DNA of 50,252 bases, taken from positions 1 through 50,252 of the forward strand of contig VBHQ01000056.1 of NCBI GenBank assembly GCA_005880395.1, in the 5' to 3' direction. The notes under the pieces are model-generated. The model made no database searches and was not told the DNA's origin. It was given only the letters and a program-made list of their open reading frames with translations. The position numbers and the translations under genes were made by a program. The DNA comes from Chloroflexota bacterium (lineage in GTDB: Bacteria; Chloroflexota; Dormibacteria; CF-121). The stretch's first letter is position 1. The number at the start of each line of letters is the position of its first letter. Positions 36,055 through 45,201 of the stretch are shown here, in pieces.

Positions 36055-37326
36055 ATGCCTCGCGGCTATGCGCGCTACGTTCTCGGCGTCATGGTGGGAA
36101 TCAACTTCTTGAATTACCTCGATCGCTACATCCTGCCGGCGGTGGCGAGTCGCATTCAGGCGGAGTTTCATCTCAGCGATAGCGAGGTCGGCTTGCTCGG
36201 GAGCGCCTTTCTGCTCGTGTATGCGGTTGGCACGATTCCTTTCGGCATCTGGGCCGACCGGGGCGTCCGCAAGACCGTCGTCGGCGTCGGGGTGACGATC
36301 TGGAGCCTGGCGACCCTTTTCACCGGCCTTGCCCGCAACTACCTCCAGCTGTTTGCCGCGCGAGCGGTCCTCGGCATCGGCGAGGCGAGCTATTACCCCG
36401 CGGGTACCGCGCTGCTGGGCGATTACGTCAAGAAAGAGGGACGCGGCCGGGCGATGTCGATCTGGGCGGCCGGGACCGCGGTCGGCATCGCGGTTGGGTT
36501 CGCCGGCGGCGGCATCATCGCCAGCCGGCTGGGGTGGCGCGTCGCCTTTTACCTGACGGCGATCCCCGGCTTGATTTTCGCACTGCTTGCCTTTGGCATC
36601 AGAGAGCCACGTCGCGGAGCGGCGGAAGAGCGCGGTCCGACGACCCGGACAGCCGGAGAGGTCACGGCCGGCGCGGTCATGAACCTGCTCCGGATCCCAA
36701 CGTTACGGGCGACGATTGCCGCCGAAACGGCGCTCTTCTTCGTGCTGGGTGGCGCTGCTTTCTGGCTCCCGACCTACCTCAGCCGGCAGTACGGGTTGGG
36801 AACCGGGGCAGCCGGGACGCTTGCCGGTGGCGTGCTCGTCCTCGGACTGCTTGCCGGGTCGCTGGTCGGCGGCAGCGTCGCCGATCGATTGACGCGACGT
36901 CGCGCCGCCGCCAGCAATCTTCCCGTGGGCATCGCCGGCTTCGTGGCCGGGGCGGTGCTGGTCGCGCTGGCCCTGCTGATGCCGAACCTTATCCTGTTCG
37001 TTCCGATGTTCCTGCTCGGGTCGGGCGCGCTCTATCTCTACAACGGCCCGTACACCGCGATAAAGCAGAACGTCGCCCTGCCGACGATCCGTGCCACGGC
37101 GGTCACCATCTCGCTGCTGATCGAGCACTTGCTCGGCGATTCCTACGCGCCCTTTGCGATCGGCCGGCTCTCGGACGCGGTGCACAGCCTGCGGCTCGCA
37201 CTGCTCATTCTGCTGCCGCCGTTGCTGCTGCTCGCGGCATTCTTCGCCAGCCTCGGCTTACGGCATGAGGATCGCGATGGCCGGGCGATGGAGGCCCGCT
37301 GGGCCGCCGCCACCGAAGCACCCTGA
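36055..37326 (+). CDS. MFS transporter (spinster-like)
   Basis: NFLNYLDRYIL, G.WADR..RK, AR..LGIGEASY; about 12 TM. Confidence 0.92.
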   Translation: MPRGYARYVLGVMVGINFLNYLDRYILPAVASRIQAEFHLSDSEVGLLGSAFLLVYAVGTIPFGIWADRGVRKTVVGVGVTIWSLATLFTGLARNYLQLFAARAVLGIGEASYYPAGTALLGDYVKKEGRGRAMSIWAAGTAVGIAVGFAGGGIIASRLGWRVAFYLTAIPGLIFALLAFGIREPRRGAAEERGPTTRTAGEVTAGAVMNLLRIPTLRATIAAETALFFVLGGAAFWLPTYLSRQYGLGTGAAGTLAGGVLVLGLLAGSLVGGSVADRLTRRRAAASNLPVGIAGFVAGAVLVALALLMPNLILFVPMFLLGSGALYLYNGPYTAIKQNVALPTIRATAVTISLLIEHLLGDSYAPFAIGRLSDAVHSLRLALLILLPPLLLLAAFFASLGLRHEDRDGRAMEARWAAATEAP

Positions 37327-37334
37327 GCTTCTGG

Positions 37335-38105
37335 TCAGGGACCTGCCTCGACCCCGTGAAACAGGTCGTCCTCGGCCAGATCGTGCGCGGCTCCCACCAG
37401 GCTGAAGACCTCGCTGTCGCCCTGACCCTCGACGAATTTGCGGAGCGGCTCCCATTCCTGGGTCTGGCTGCGGTGACGGGCAAACGCGCGCAGCTTCGCG
37501 TCATGAAAGCCACCGATCGCCACCCGGGTCGTGATCGGTGGTTGCGCGGGCAGCCCGAGCGACTCGACGATCGGGCCCGTGGTCGTCAGAAAGTAGAGCT
37601 TGCTTGGCGACCAGGGCGCCAACCCAAGGGCCAGCGCTTCCAGTTCGTAGGCGGAGGACTCGCTGGTGAGCGTGCAAGCCAGCACGGTCAGCCGGCTCAC
37701 CACTTTGTGGTCGGGATGCCCGTAGGCGCCCTCCGGGCCGAAGCAGACGACGACCTGCGGGCGATGCGATCGAAGGCAGCGAACGATCTCGCCGACCAAC
37801 CGGTCGCGCACCGCCTCCACCTCTTCGACCTTCTCGAGCGCGCCGTCGGGATAGTCGAAAACCTCGAGGTAGCGCACGCCCAGCTCGGCGGCGGCGTCGC
37901 GTAGCTCGAGCTCGCGAACATCGGTCAACCGCCGCAGGTCACCGGCCTCGCGACCGTTCCACAACCCGGCGCCGCCGCGCGTTATCGTCACCAGCGTCAC
38001 GGTCGCGCCTTCGGCACTGTAGCGCGCAATCGTCGAAGCGCAACCGAAGCATTCGTCGTCCGGATGCGGCATCACCACCATCAATCGTTGATAGGCGCGG
38101 TCCAT
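37335..38105 (-). CDS. PIG-L/LmbE family deacetylase
   Basis: PHPDDE, TRGGAG, YPDG.L, GAYGHPDH, HRSQ. Confidence 0.9.
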   Translation of the reverse strand: MDRAYQRLMVVMPHPDDECFGCASTIARYSAEGATVTLVTITRGGAGLWNGREAGDLRRLTDVRELELRDAAAELGVRYLEVFDYPDGALEKVEEVEAVRDRLVGEIVRCLRSHRPQVVVCFGPEGAYGHPDHKVVSRLTVLACTLTSESSAYELEALALGLAPWSPSKLYFLTTTGPIVESLGLPAQPPITTRVAIGGFHDAKLRAFARHRSQTQEWEPLRKFVEGQGDSEVFSLVGAAHDLAEDDLFHGVEAGP

Positions 38106-38165
38106 CTTTCGAGCAAGTGTAGGGTGCTGCTCGGCTCGCTCCAACAGCGCCGCGATAATGAGCGG

Positions 38166-38624
38166 GTGCCAGCCAGGAAGAAGGGACCAGCCCGACAGGA
38201 CGTGTCCGCCGGTGGCGTCGTCTTTCGCCGGCGCCGTGACGGAATCCGGTTCGTGCTGATCAAGGCGGGCGGGCGCTGGAGCTTCCCCAAGGGCAACATC
38301 GAGAAAGGGGAGACGCCGGATGCTGCCGCGTTGCGCGAGATCTCCGAAGAGACCGGGCTGCCGCCGAGACGGCTGCGGATCGTGAGCCCCCTGCCCGACG
38401 TCAACTACGTGTTCCGCTGGGCCGGGGTCCTGGTCTTCAAGACGGTCCATTACTACCTCGTCGAGCTGACCACTGACGCGCCGTTCACGCCGCAGGTCTC
38501 CGAGATCGAGGATGTCCAGTGGTTTGCGCCCGAGGCCGCCCGGGCGGCGATCGGCTTCAAGAACGCGATCGAGACGCTCGAAGCGGCGATCGCCGGCCTG
38601 CAAGCCTGGCAGCTTGCCTCATGA
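38166..38624 (+). CDS. NUDIX hydrolase (Ap4A hydrolase-like)
   Basis: SAGGVVF; Nudix box PKGNIEKGETPDAAALREISEETG. Confidence 0.9.
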   Translation: MPARKKGPARQDVSAGGVVFRRRRDGIRFVLIKAGGRWSFPKGNIEKGETPDAAALREISEETGLPPRRLRIVSPLPDVNYVFRWAGVLVFKTVHYYLVELTTDAPFTPQVSEIEDVQWFAPEAARAAIGFKNAIETLEAAIAGLQAWQLAS

Positions 38625-38986
38625 GCGCCGTGCTCTCGCTCCATCGAGGCTTGTTCTTCGCCGGACTGGTCGTCACCCTGGTGATTGCCGGCTGGGGGCT
38701 GCTGAGCTACTTCCGCCGGCGTCCGCCCGGCGGCAGCTTCAATTCGGCGCTCGTGATTACCGAAGCGTTGTTCATCATCCAGGGCATCGCGGGCGGCACC
38801 CTCTTCCTCGGGGGGCGTCGGCCGCACGATCCGCTGCACTGGCTGTACGGGATCCTCCTCGTCATCGTGCTTCCGATCGCCGCAACCTACACGACCGGCC
38901 GGGACGAGCGACGCCAGTCGCTGGTTTATGGCATTGCGGGCCTCTTCATGGCCGGGCTCTCGATCCGCGCCTTGACGACCTCATAG
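38621..38986 (+). CDS. Small 4-TM membrane protein, unknown function
   Basis: ATGA overlap with NUDIX; hydrophobic helices; LHWLYG motif. Confidence 0.75.
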   Translation: MSAVLSLHRGLFFAGLVVTLVIAGWGLLSYFRRRPPGGSFNSALVITEALFIIQGIAGGTLFLGGRRPHDPLHWLYGILLVIVLPIAATYTTGRDERRQSLVYGIAGLFMAGLSIRALTTS

Positions 38987-38989
38987 CCA

Positions 38990-39026
38990 AACGAAAAGGG
39001 GCCCCCTTGCGGGAGCCCCTTTCGTT
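38990..39026. terminator. Bidirectional intrinsic terminator
   Basis: AACGAAAAGGGGCCCCC-TTGC-GGGAGCCCCTTTCGTT between convergent genes. Confidence 0.7.
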
Positions 39027-39034
39027 ACCGCTCT

Positions 39035-39097
39035 CTAGCGGCTCTTCCGAGTCGACTTACGGGCCGCCTTCTTGGTGGCCTTCTTCCTGGTCGCCAT
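39035..39097 (-). CDS. 20-aa Lys/Arg-rich microprotein MATRKKATKKAARKSTRKSR (not in the ORF track)
   Basis: TAAGGAGGTGA RBS at 39101-39111, ATG39097, TAG, then a terminator. Confidence 0.65.
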   Translation of the reverse strand: MATRKKATKKAARKSTRKSR

Positions 39098-39197
39098 GCG
39101 TCACCTCCTTATCGCGTGAGCGGCGAACCGCTGCGCACCATCGGCGGGCGCTTATCGGGCATAACGCTCCGTCCAAAACGAACTTGCAGATTTCGAG

Positions 39198-40175
39198 TCA
39201 GAAGAGGCGCAGCTGGTCGATGGCGGTCAACGCTTTCGCGCGAATGCCTCGCCGCCGTAGGTGCATGGCGAGCTCTTCATCGAAGCCGAGCACCGTATAG
39301 GTCATCGTTGCACCAACCCGCTCGGCGTAACAGCAGAGCTCCTCGAAATCGGCGTGGTCGGATAACGGAAAGACGGCGTCGACCTCAAGCCGAGCTTTCA
39401 GGCTGGGATCCATCGCCCACCCGGTCAACGCAGCCGTTTTGAATTCGCCCAGCATCTCGCGCAAGCCGTTGCGGCGCGCGGTGGGCGGTGTGATGACGAC
39501 CGTAGGGCGGACCAGCGCGGCACCGAGCACCTGGTACTGCGGGAAACGGCAGCCAAGCTCTCGATACACTTCCGTGACGCCGAATAACGACGCGTGAAGG
39601 GCGATGTGAATGCCTTCGGCGGCGAGCGCGGAGAGGATCTCCTGACCTTTTCCTAACGAGTAACCGAGCAAGACCGGCGTCGCGCCGCTGTCGATCACAC
39701 TACGGCACCAGGAGACGATCGCGGCGATCACCTCTGCCGAATCGGGAAAACGGTAGTGCGGCTTGCCAAACGTGCTTTCGAGGAGCAGGACGTCCGCCGG
39801 CACCGGAATCGCCGGAACGCTTGTGAAGCCGGAGCGGGTCTTGAGATCGCCGGTATAGAGGATGGCGCCCCAATCGGTCTCGATCAACGCCTGCGCCGAC
39901 CCGAGCACGTGCCCTGCGGGATGCAGCGTGAGGGAACAGTGCTCGAGTCTGAGCGGCTGGCCGTACTCGAGGCCCTGCACCGTGGTCAGCGACGGCCGTC
40001 GGTGGGTGACCAGCCGGCGCGTGGCGGGCGTCGCATAGGCCAGCGGGTGGGCGGCGACATGATCGCTATGCGCGTGACTGATGACGGCCCGCGGCCGCGG
40101 CTGGCGCGGATCGAGCCAGAGCCCCAGCTCGGGGAGGTAGATGCCGCTGTCCCACAGAATCGGGTAGTTCAGCAC
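39198..40175 (-). CDS. MBL-fold/beta-CASP exonuclease (ligase-associated DNA damage response type)
   Basis: ISHAHSDH, PAGHVLGSA, YTGD, ESTFG.P.YRFP, YSLGKGQE, LSDHAD. Confidence 0.88.
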   Translation of the reverse strand: MLNYPILWDSGIYLPELGLWLDPRQPRPRAVISHAHSDHVAAHPLAYATPATRRLVTHRRPSLTTVQGLEYGQPLRLEHCSLTLHPAGHVLGSAQALIETDWGAILYTGDLKTRSGFTSVPAIPVPADVLLLESTFGKPHYRFPDSAEVIAAIVSWCRSVIDSGATPVLLGYSLGKGQEILSALAAEGIHIALHASLFGVTEVYRELGCRFPQYQVLGAALVRPTVVITPPTARRNGLREMLGEFKTAALTGWAMDPSLKARLEVDAVFPLSDHADFEELCCYAERVGATMTYTVLGFDEELAMHLRRRGIRAKALTAIDQLRLF

Positions 40176-40185
40176 CGGGTCGGGA

Positions 40186-40494
40186 CTACTCGGAGGCGGC
40201 GGCGCGCGCTTCGAAAAGCTCGTCCCGCAAGGCGCAGTAGGTGCAGAAGCGCTGGCCGGGAGGGCCGGCGAAGACGCTGGTGCGGCCGCAGGTGGGACAG
40301 GTCTCCTTTTCCGCCTCGACCACCGCCGTCGCGGTGACGCCTTCGGTCGTCACCGCCAGCTCGTGCCTGCCCGCCGCGTCGCTGACCGTGGATTGTAATG
40401 CGGCTAGCGGTGGCGTCGATACCGGTGGGGTGGCTGGGGAAGCGGTCTCAACCGCCTCGCGTTGCCGGAAAAGCCGGGTCAGCCAGCGGAGCAC
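40186..40494 (-). CDS. Small hypothetical protein with C-terminal zinc ribbon
   Basis: CPTC...CTYC; amphipathic N-terminus; own TTGACT-N17-TACCGT promoter. Confidence 0.65.
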   Translation of the reverse strand: MLRWLTRLFRQREAVETASPATPPVSTPPLAALQSTVSDAAGRHELAVTTEGVTATAVVEAEKETCPTCGRTSVFAGPPGQRFCTYCALRDELFEARAAASE

Positions 40495-40502
40495 TCGCGG
40501 CT

Positions 40503-40531
40503 ACGGTAGAGCATGGAGGCCTCGAAGTCAA
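40503..40531 (-). promoter_or_regulatory. Sigma-70 promoter, probably leaderless
   Basis: TTGACT-N17-TACCGT, 8 nt before GTG40494. Confidence 0.55.
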
Positions 40532-40532
40532 A

Positions 40533-41435
40533 CTAGACGGCCAATCCGAGTTGGACCGGTTCCGCCGGGGGCTGCGCTCGCCAGGCCCGGCGATCACCGA
40601 CGCCCTCGCGCCGCTTCAGCTCGGCGACGGTCTCGAGGATCGGCGACTTGACGCCGCTCGACAGGTAGGCGGCGCCGCCGGGAAACAGCTCTCGGTACCT
40701 CTGGACGAGCTGTGGAAAATCGCGCTCGAGAAAGTCCATGAAATGCTCCTTGGTTCCCGGCTTGAGGTAGACGACGTTGCACCAGACGTAGCAGGCGCCC
40801 GCCGCCGCCGCGGCCCCGACGGTTGCCTTCAGCTGCTCCGCCGAGTCGGAGAGCCCGGGCAGGATCGGCGCCATGCCGACGCCCGCCTCGATGCCGGCCT
40901 CGACGAGCGCTTTCAGGACCTTGAGGCGTTTATCGGGCGGCGGCGTGCCGGGCTCGGTCTTCGACCAGATCTCGCGATCGACCGTTGGGACGCTGAAGGT
41001 CACGGTCGCCTTCGCCCGTTCGGAGAGCTCGACGAGGAGATCGAGATCGCGAATCACCATCGTGCCCTTGGTGATCAAGCCGATCGGTGTCCGGTAGTCG
41101 CGAAACGCCTCCAGGCAGCGTCGGGTCAGGCGGTAGGTGCCTTCGATCGGCTGATACGGATCGGTGGCGGTCCCGAAGGCAACCATCTCCCGCTTCCAGC
41201 TTCGTCGCGAGAGCTCCTGCCGCAGCAGCGCCGGAGCGTTGATCTTCACCCCGATTCGGGCGGAGAAGCCGGCGCCCGGGTCCCGGTCAGCCAGCTTGGC
41301 GTGAGCCCGGGCAAAACAGTACACGCAGCTATGCACGCAGCCCTGGTAGGGATTGAGCGACCAGTTGAAGCCCATGTGCTGGACCCGGTTGAGGGCCGAT
41401 TTCACCGTGATTTCGGAGTATTCCGTCCGTGCCAT
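40533..41435 (-). CDS. Rv2578c/SplB-like radical SAM DNA repair protein
   Basis: WSLNPYQGCVHSCVYCFAR, GTATDPYQP.E..Y.LTR, TKG..V.RDLDLL, EPGTP; GGAGG RBS before ATG41435. Confidence 0.9.
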   Translation of the reverse strand: MARTEYSEITVKSALNRVQHMGFNWSLNPYQGCVHSCVYCFARAHAKLADRDPGAGFSARIGVKINAPALLRQELSRRSWKREMVAFGTATDPYQPIEGTYRLTRRCLEAFRDYRTPIGLITKGTMVIRDLDLLVELSERAKATVTFSVPTVDREIWSKTEPGTPPPDKRLKVLKALVEAGIEAGVGMAPILPGLSDSAEQLKATVGAAAAAGACYVWCNVVYLKPGTKEHFMDFLERDFPQLVQRYRELFPGGAAYLSSGVKSPILETVAELKRREGVGDRRAWRAQPPAEPVQLGLAV

Positions 41436-41445
41436 CGGGCCTCCA

Positions 41446-41468
41446 ATCGTACTACAAACAGATGTTCG
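41446..41468 (-). promoter_or_regulatory. LexA (GAAC-N4-GTTC type) SOS box adjacent to -10 TACGAT
   Basis: CGAACATCTGTTTG at 41455-41468 (minus), 3 nt upstream of TACGAT at 41446-41451. Confidence 0.7.
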
Positions 41469-41505
41469 CCAAGGGCGGCTTTGACCATAATTGGAGCAGC
41501 CAGCC

Positions 41506-42282
41506 ATGAATGTTGTCGTCTGCGTCAAGCAGATCCCCGATCCCAACGCGCCTGGGAAGCTTCATCCGGAAAGCAAGCGTCTTGTACGCGAGGGCGTCGA
41601 TCTCATCCTCGACCCTGGCGACGAGCACGCGGTCGAGGCCGGCCTGCAGATCGTCGAGAAAGAGGGGGGCGAGGTGACGGTGGTCTCGATGGGCCCGCCC
41701 AAGGCGATGGATGCGATCCGTCGGGCGCTGGCGATGGGCGCCGCCCGCGGCATCCTGATCACGGATACGGCGTTGGAGTCTTCGGACGCGCTCAGCACGG
41801 CCCGCGCGATCGCGGCGGCCATCAAGGACCGCACGTTCGATCTCCTCATCTGCGGGACGGAGAGCACCGACGGCTCCTCCGGCGCGGTCCCCGCGCAGCT
41901 CGCCGAGCTCCTCGGCCTACCCCTGCTCAGCTTCGCCAAGAGGCTCGAGGTGGCCGACGGCAAAGCGGTGATCGACCGCCAGACGGATGAGGGCTATGAC
42001 GTGGTCGAGGCCCCGCTGCCGGCGGTGGTCACCGTGACCGGCGGCATCAACGACGCGCGCTATCCCGCGCTGCGGGGCATCATGCAGGCGAAGAACAAGG
42101 AGATCAAGCAGGTCGGTATCGCCGAGATCGGCCTGGAGGGGAAGGCGGGGAAGGCCGCGCTGACTCAGGAGGTCGTCGAGGTCGTGCCAGCCGAGGCGCG
42201 CAAGGCGGGCGAGGTGGTAGAGGACAAAGGGGACGGGGCCAAACGCATCGCCGACTTTCTCCAGGCATTGAAGGTGATTTGA
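41506..42282 (+). CDS. etfB: Electron transfer flavoprotein beta subunit
   Basis: MNVVVCVKQIPD, SMGP, ALAMGA, CG.ESTDG, RYPALRGIMQAK. Confidence 0.95.
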   Translation: MNVVVCVKQIPDPNAPGKLHPESKRLVREGVDLILDPGDEHAVEAGLQIVEKEGGEVTVVSMGPPKAMDAIRRALAMGAARGILITDTALESSDALSTARAIAAAIKDRTFDLLICGTESTDGSSGAVPAQLAELLGLPLLSFAKRLEVADGKAVIDRQTDEGYDVVEAPLPAVVTVTGGINDARYPALRGIMQAKNKEIKQVGIAEIGLEGKAGKAALTQEVVEVVPAEARKAGEVVEDKGDGAKRIADFLQALKVI

Positions 42283-43253
42283 TGCCATCGGTCTGGGTGT
42301 TTGCGGAGACGGCCGACGGTGTGCCCAAACCGATCGCGCTGGAGCTGCTGACCAAAGCGCGGGCGCTGGGGGCAGCGGTTGCGGTGGCAGTCGGTCCTGG
42401 CGCAGGACGGGCGGCAGAGGCGCTGGCCAAATACGGCGCAACCAGGATTTATGTGCACGAGGACGAGGCGTTTAAAGACGTCGTCGCCACGCCCGCGGTC
42501 GATCTGCTGGCGCGGCTGTTCGAAAAAGAACGCCCGGACCTGATGCTGTTCGGGATGACCTACGAAGGCCGCGACATCGCCGCCCGGCTATCGGCACGGC
42601 TTGGCGTCGCGCTGATCGCGAACGCGACCGACGTCATCAAGCGGAATGGAAGCTTCGCCGCGGTCTCGCCCGTCTTTGGTGGCAGCATGCTGGTGACCAC
42701 CGTCCCGAAAGCGCAGCCACCGGTGCTGATCCTGTTGCGGCCCAAGGCGATCACCGCCGAGCCGGCCTCGGAGCCAGTCGCGCCGCAAGTCGAGAAGATC
42801 GGCGATCCAGTCGATACCAGCAAACCCGCGGCTCGTGTCCTGCGGCGCGAGAAGCAAAAGGCTCAAGGGCCGCGACTCGACGACGCGACCGTCATCGTGA
42901 GCGGGGGACGCGGGCTTGGCGCCCCCGAGAATTTCAAGATGCTGGACGAGCTCGCCGGCGAGATCGGCGCCGCGGTCGGCGCCAGTCGGGCGGTCGTCGA
43001 CGCCGGCTGGAAGCCGTATTCCTTCCAGATCGGCCAGACCGGGAAGACGGTGAAGCCCAGCGTCTACATCGCCGTCGGGATTTCCGGCGCGATGCAGCAC
43101 ACGGTGGGGATGAAAGGCGCGAAGACGATCATCGCCATCAACAAGGACCCGGAGGCTCCGATTTTCAAGCTCGCCGACCTCGGGGTCATCGGCGATGTGC
43201 ACAAGATCGTTCCGCAGTTGATCCAGGAAGTTCGGGCGCGTAAGGGCAAGTGA
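42282..43253 (+). CDS. etfA: Electron transfer flavoprotein alpha subunit
   Basis: VSGGRGLG, GASRAVVDAGW, QIGQTGKTV, GISGAMQH, INKDPEAPIF. Confidence 0.95.
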   Translation: MPSVWVFAETADGVPKPIALELLTKARALGAAVAVAVGPGAGRAAEALAKYGATRIYVHEDEAFKDVVATPAVDLLARLFEKERPDLMLFGMTYEGRDIAARLSARLGVALIANATDVIKRNGSFAAVSPVFGGSMLVTTVPKAQPPVLILLRPKAITAEPASEPVAPQVEKIGDPVDTSKPAARVLRREKQKAQGPRLDDATVIVSGGRGLGAPENFKMLDELAGEIGAAVGASRAVVDAGWKPYSFQIGQTGKTVKPSVYIAVGISGAMQHTVGMKGAKTIIAINKDPEAPIFKLADLGVIGDVHKIVPQLIQEVRARKGK

Positions 43254-44104
43254 GCGCCAGCGAGCTGAGCCTGCTGGCAGTCCAACCCCATCCCGACGAT
43301 GAGTCCATCGGCATGGGTGGGACGCTGGCGCGCTACAGCGCGGAAGGGGTGCGAACCACCCTGGTGACCGCGACGCGTGGCGAGGTGGGTGAAATCCTCG
43401 ACAAGGAACTCGATCCCAAGGAGGCAGCGCCCAGGCTGGCGACGATTCGTGAGGCGGAGCTGCGCAAGGCGATGCAGATCCTCGGGGTCAACGAGATCGT
43501 GTTTCTTGGATACGAGGATTCCGGCATGGCCGGGCTCCCGCGCAACCGCGAGCCGCAAACCTTCTGGCAGGCGGGCGAGGAGGAAGCGATCGGCCGCTTG
43601 ATCCAGGTGATCCGCCGCGTCCGGCCGCAGGTGGTCGTGACCCAGAACGAGTTCGGAGGATATGCCCATCCCGACCATATCAAGACCCACCGGGTGGCAA
43701 TCGGCGCCTTCTTCTATGCGGGCGATATCAAGCGCTTCCCCGGTGGCGAACCGTTCCGTCCGAGCAAGCTCTACTACAACGCCTTTCCAAAGTCGGTGAT
43801 GCGGCAGCTGGCTGAGGTGATGCAGCGCGCCGGCGTTGCCAATCGATTCTCGACCGACGGCGAACCGCCCCCCTTCGCGGTCTCTGACGACCGGGTCACC
43901 ACCTGGTTGGATGTCAGGCCGTTCATTGACAAGAAGCTGGCCGCGATGCGGGCGCACCGCACCCAGATCCCCGAAGACAGCTGGTTCTTGAAGCTGGTCG
44001 ACGTGGTCGGTGCGCAGGCCTGGGCGACTGAGACGTACGAGCGGGCGCGCAGCTCCGTCGATGCCCCGACTCCTGAAGACGACCTCTTCGCCGGGCTGCG
44101 GTGA
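43250..44104 (+). CDS. PIG-L family deacetylase, MshB/Mca-like
   Basis: PHPDDE, TRGEVGE, GYEDSGMAG, GGYAHPDH, AHRTQI, EDDLFAGL. Confidence 0.88.
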   Translation: MSASELSLLAVQPHPDDESIGMGGTLARYSAEGVRTTLVTATRGEVGEILDKELDPKEAAPRLATIREAELRKAMQILGVNEIVFLGYEDSGMAGLPRNREPQTFWQAGEEEAIGRLIQVIRRVRPQVVVTQNEFGGYAHPDHIKTHRVAIGAFFYAGDIKRFPGGEPFRPSKLYYNAFPKSVMRQLAEVMQRAGVANRFSTDGEPPPFAVSDDRVTTWLDVRPFIDKKLAAMRAHRTQIPEDSWFLKLVDVVGAQAWATETYERARSSVDAPTPEDDLFAGLR

Positions 44105-44859
44105 GCACGCTAATCGAGGCCGCCGTCGGCGACGCCGCGGCGCTGCTGAGCCGGGCCCGGTCCGCCGTCGCGTTTACCGGCGCCGGGATCTCGCAGGAGA
44201 GCGGAATCCCCGTGTATCGCGGCGAGGGGGGATTGTGGACGAAATTCGATCCTTACAAGGTCGCGCACATCGATACCTTCCGCGCCGATCCATCGCAGTA
44301 CTGGAGCTACAGCCGCGAACATCGCCGGACCGATGCCAGGCCCAATCCCGCCCATGAAGCGCTGGCCGCTCTCGAACGGCACGGCAAGCTGTCCGGGGTC
44401 ATCACCCAGAACACCGATGGCCTGCATCAGAAGGCGGGCAGCCGGCGGGTCATCGAGCTACACGGCTCTTCGCATGCCGTCGTCTGCCTCGACTGCGAGA
44501 CCCGCTTTCCGCGAGTGGACATCGATGCGCTGAATCGTGAGCACTGCCCGCCGAATTGTCCTGCCTGCGGTGGGCGCTTTCTCAAGCCGACCGTGGTCAT
44601 GTTCGGCGAGGCGCTGCCCGGCGAAGCGCTGCTCGAGGCGCAAGCGCTGGCGATCGCCGCCGACGTCCTGCTGATCGTCGGCAGCTCCTTGCAGGTCTAT
44701 CCGGCTGCCGGCATCCCGCGCCTAGCGCGTGAGAACCGAGCCGACCTCTGCATCATCAATGCGGAGCCCACCCCGTTCGACTCGTTCGCCGCCGTTCTCC
44801 TCCAGGGGAAAGCCGGAGAGCTGTTGCCGGCGATCGTCCGGGCGATGGGGGAAGGCTAG
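44101..44859 (+). CDS. cobB: NAD-dependent protein deacylase (sirtuin)
   Basis: TGAGISQESGIP.YR, ITQNTDGLH, ELHG, CxxC...CxxC, VMFGE, GSSLQVYPAA. Confidence 0.92.
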   Translation: MSTLIEAAVGDAAALLSRARSAVAFTGAGISQESGIPVYRGEGGLWTKFDPYKVAHIDTFRADPSQYWSYSREHRRTDARPNPAHEALAALERHGKLSGVITQNTDGLHQKAGSRRVIELHGSSHAVVCLDCETRFPRVDIDALNREHCPPNCPACGGRFLKPTVVMFGEALPGEALLEAQALAIAADVLLIVGSSLQVYPAAGIPRLARENRADLCIINAEPTPFDSFAAVLLQGKAGELLPAIVRAMGEG

Positions 44860-44860
44860 G

Positions 44861-45181
44861 CTACGGTGCGTCCGTCACCGGGAAGGTCTGGCCGCAGCTG
44901 GGACAGACGACCGGGTTCTGATCCCTCGGCGCGGTGAAGAGTTCTTCGCACGCGGGGCAGGTGTACTGCGACGGCGGGTTCTCGAGCGCCTCACGGTCGG
45001 CCGCCATGGCCCCTGGCACCTCGCCGAGATCCATCGCCGGGCTGCCGCACTCCACACAGCGGTAGAGGGGCCCGTCTTCCGCCCTGTGTTCGAGATAGCG
45101 GCCCCGGCTATCGACGTAGACCGAGGCGTTCCAGAGCTCGAAGCGGTTGGTGCTGCAGCGATTGGGGCAGGCGAGAAACAT
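44861..45181 (-). CDS. Small double zinc-ribbon protein
   Basis: CPNRC, CVEC, CPAC, CPSC; directly downstream of the aminotransferase. Confidence 0.75.
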   Translation of the reverse strand: MFLACPNRCSTNRFELWNASVYVDSRGRYLEHRAEDGPLYRCVECGSPAMDLGEVPGAMAADREALENPPSQYTCPACEELFTAPRDQNPVVCPSCGQTFPVTDAP

Positions 45182-45201
45182 CAGCGTTTTCACACCCACT
45201 T

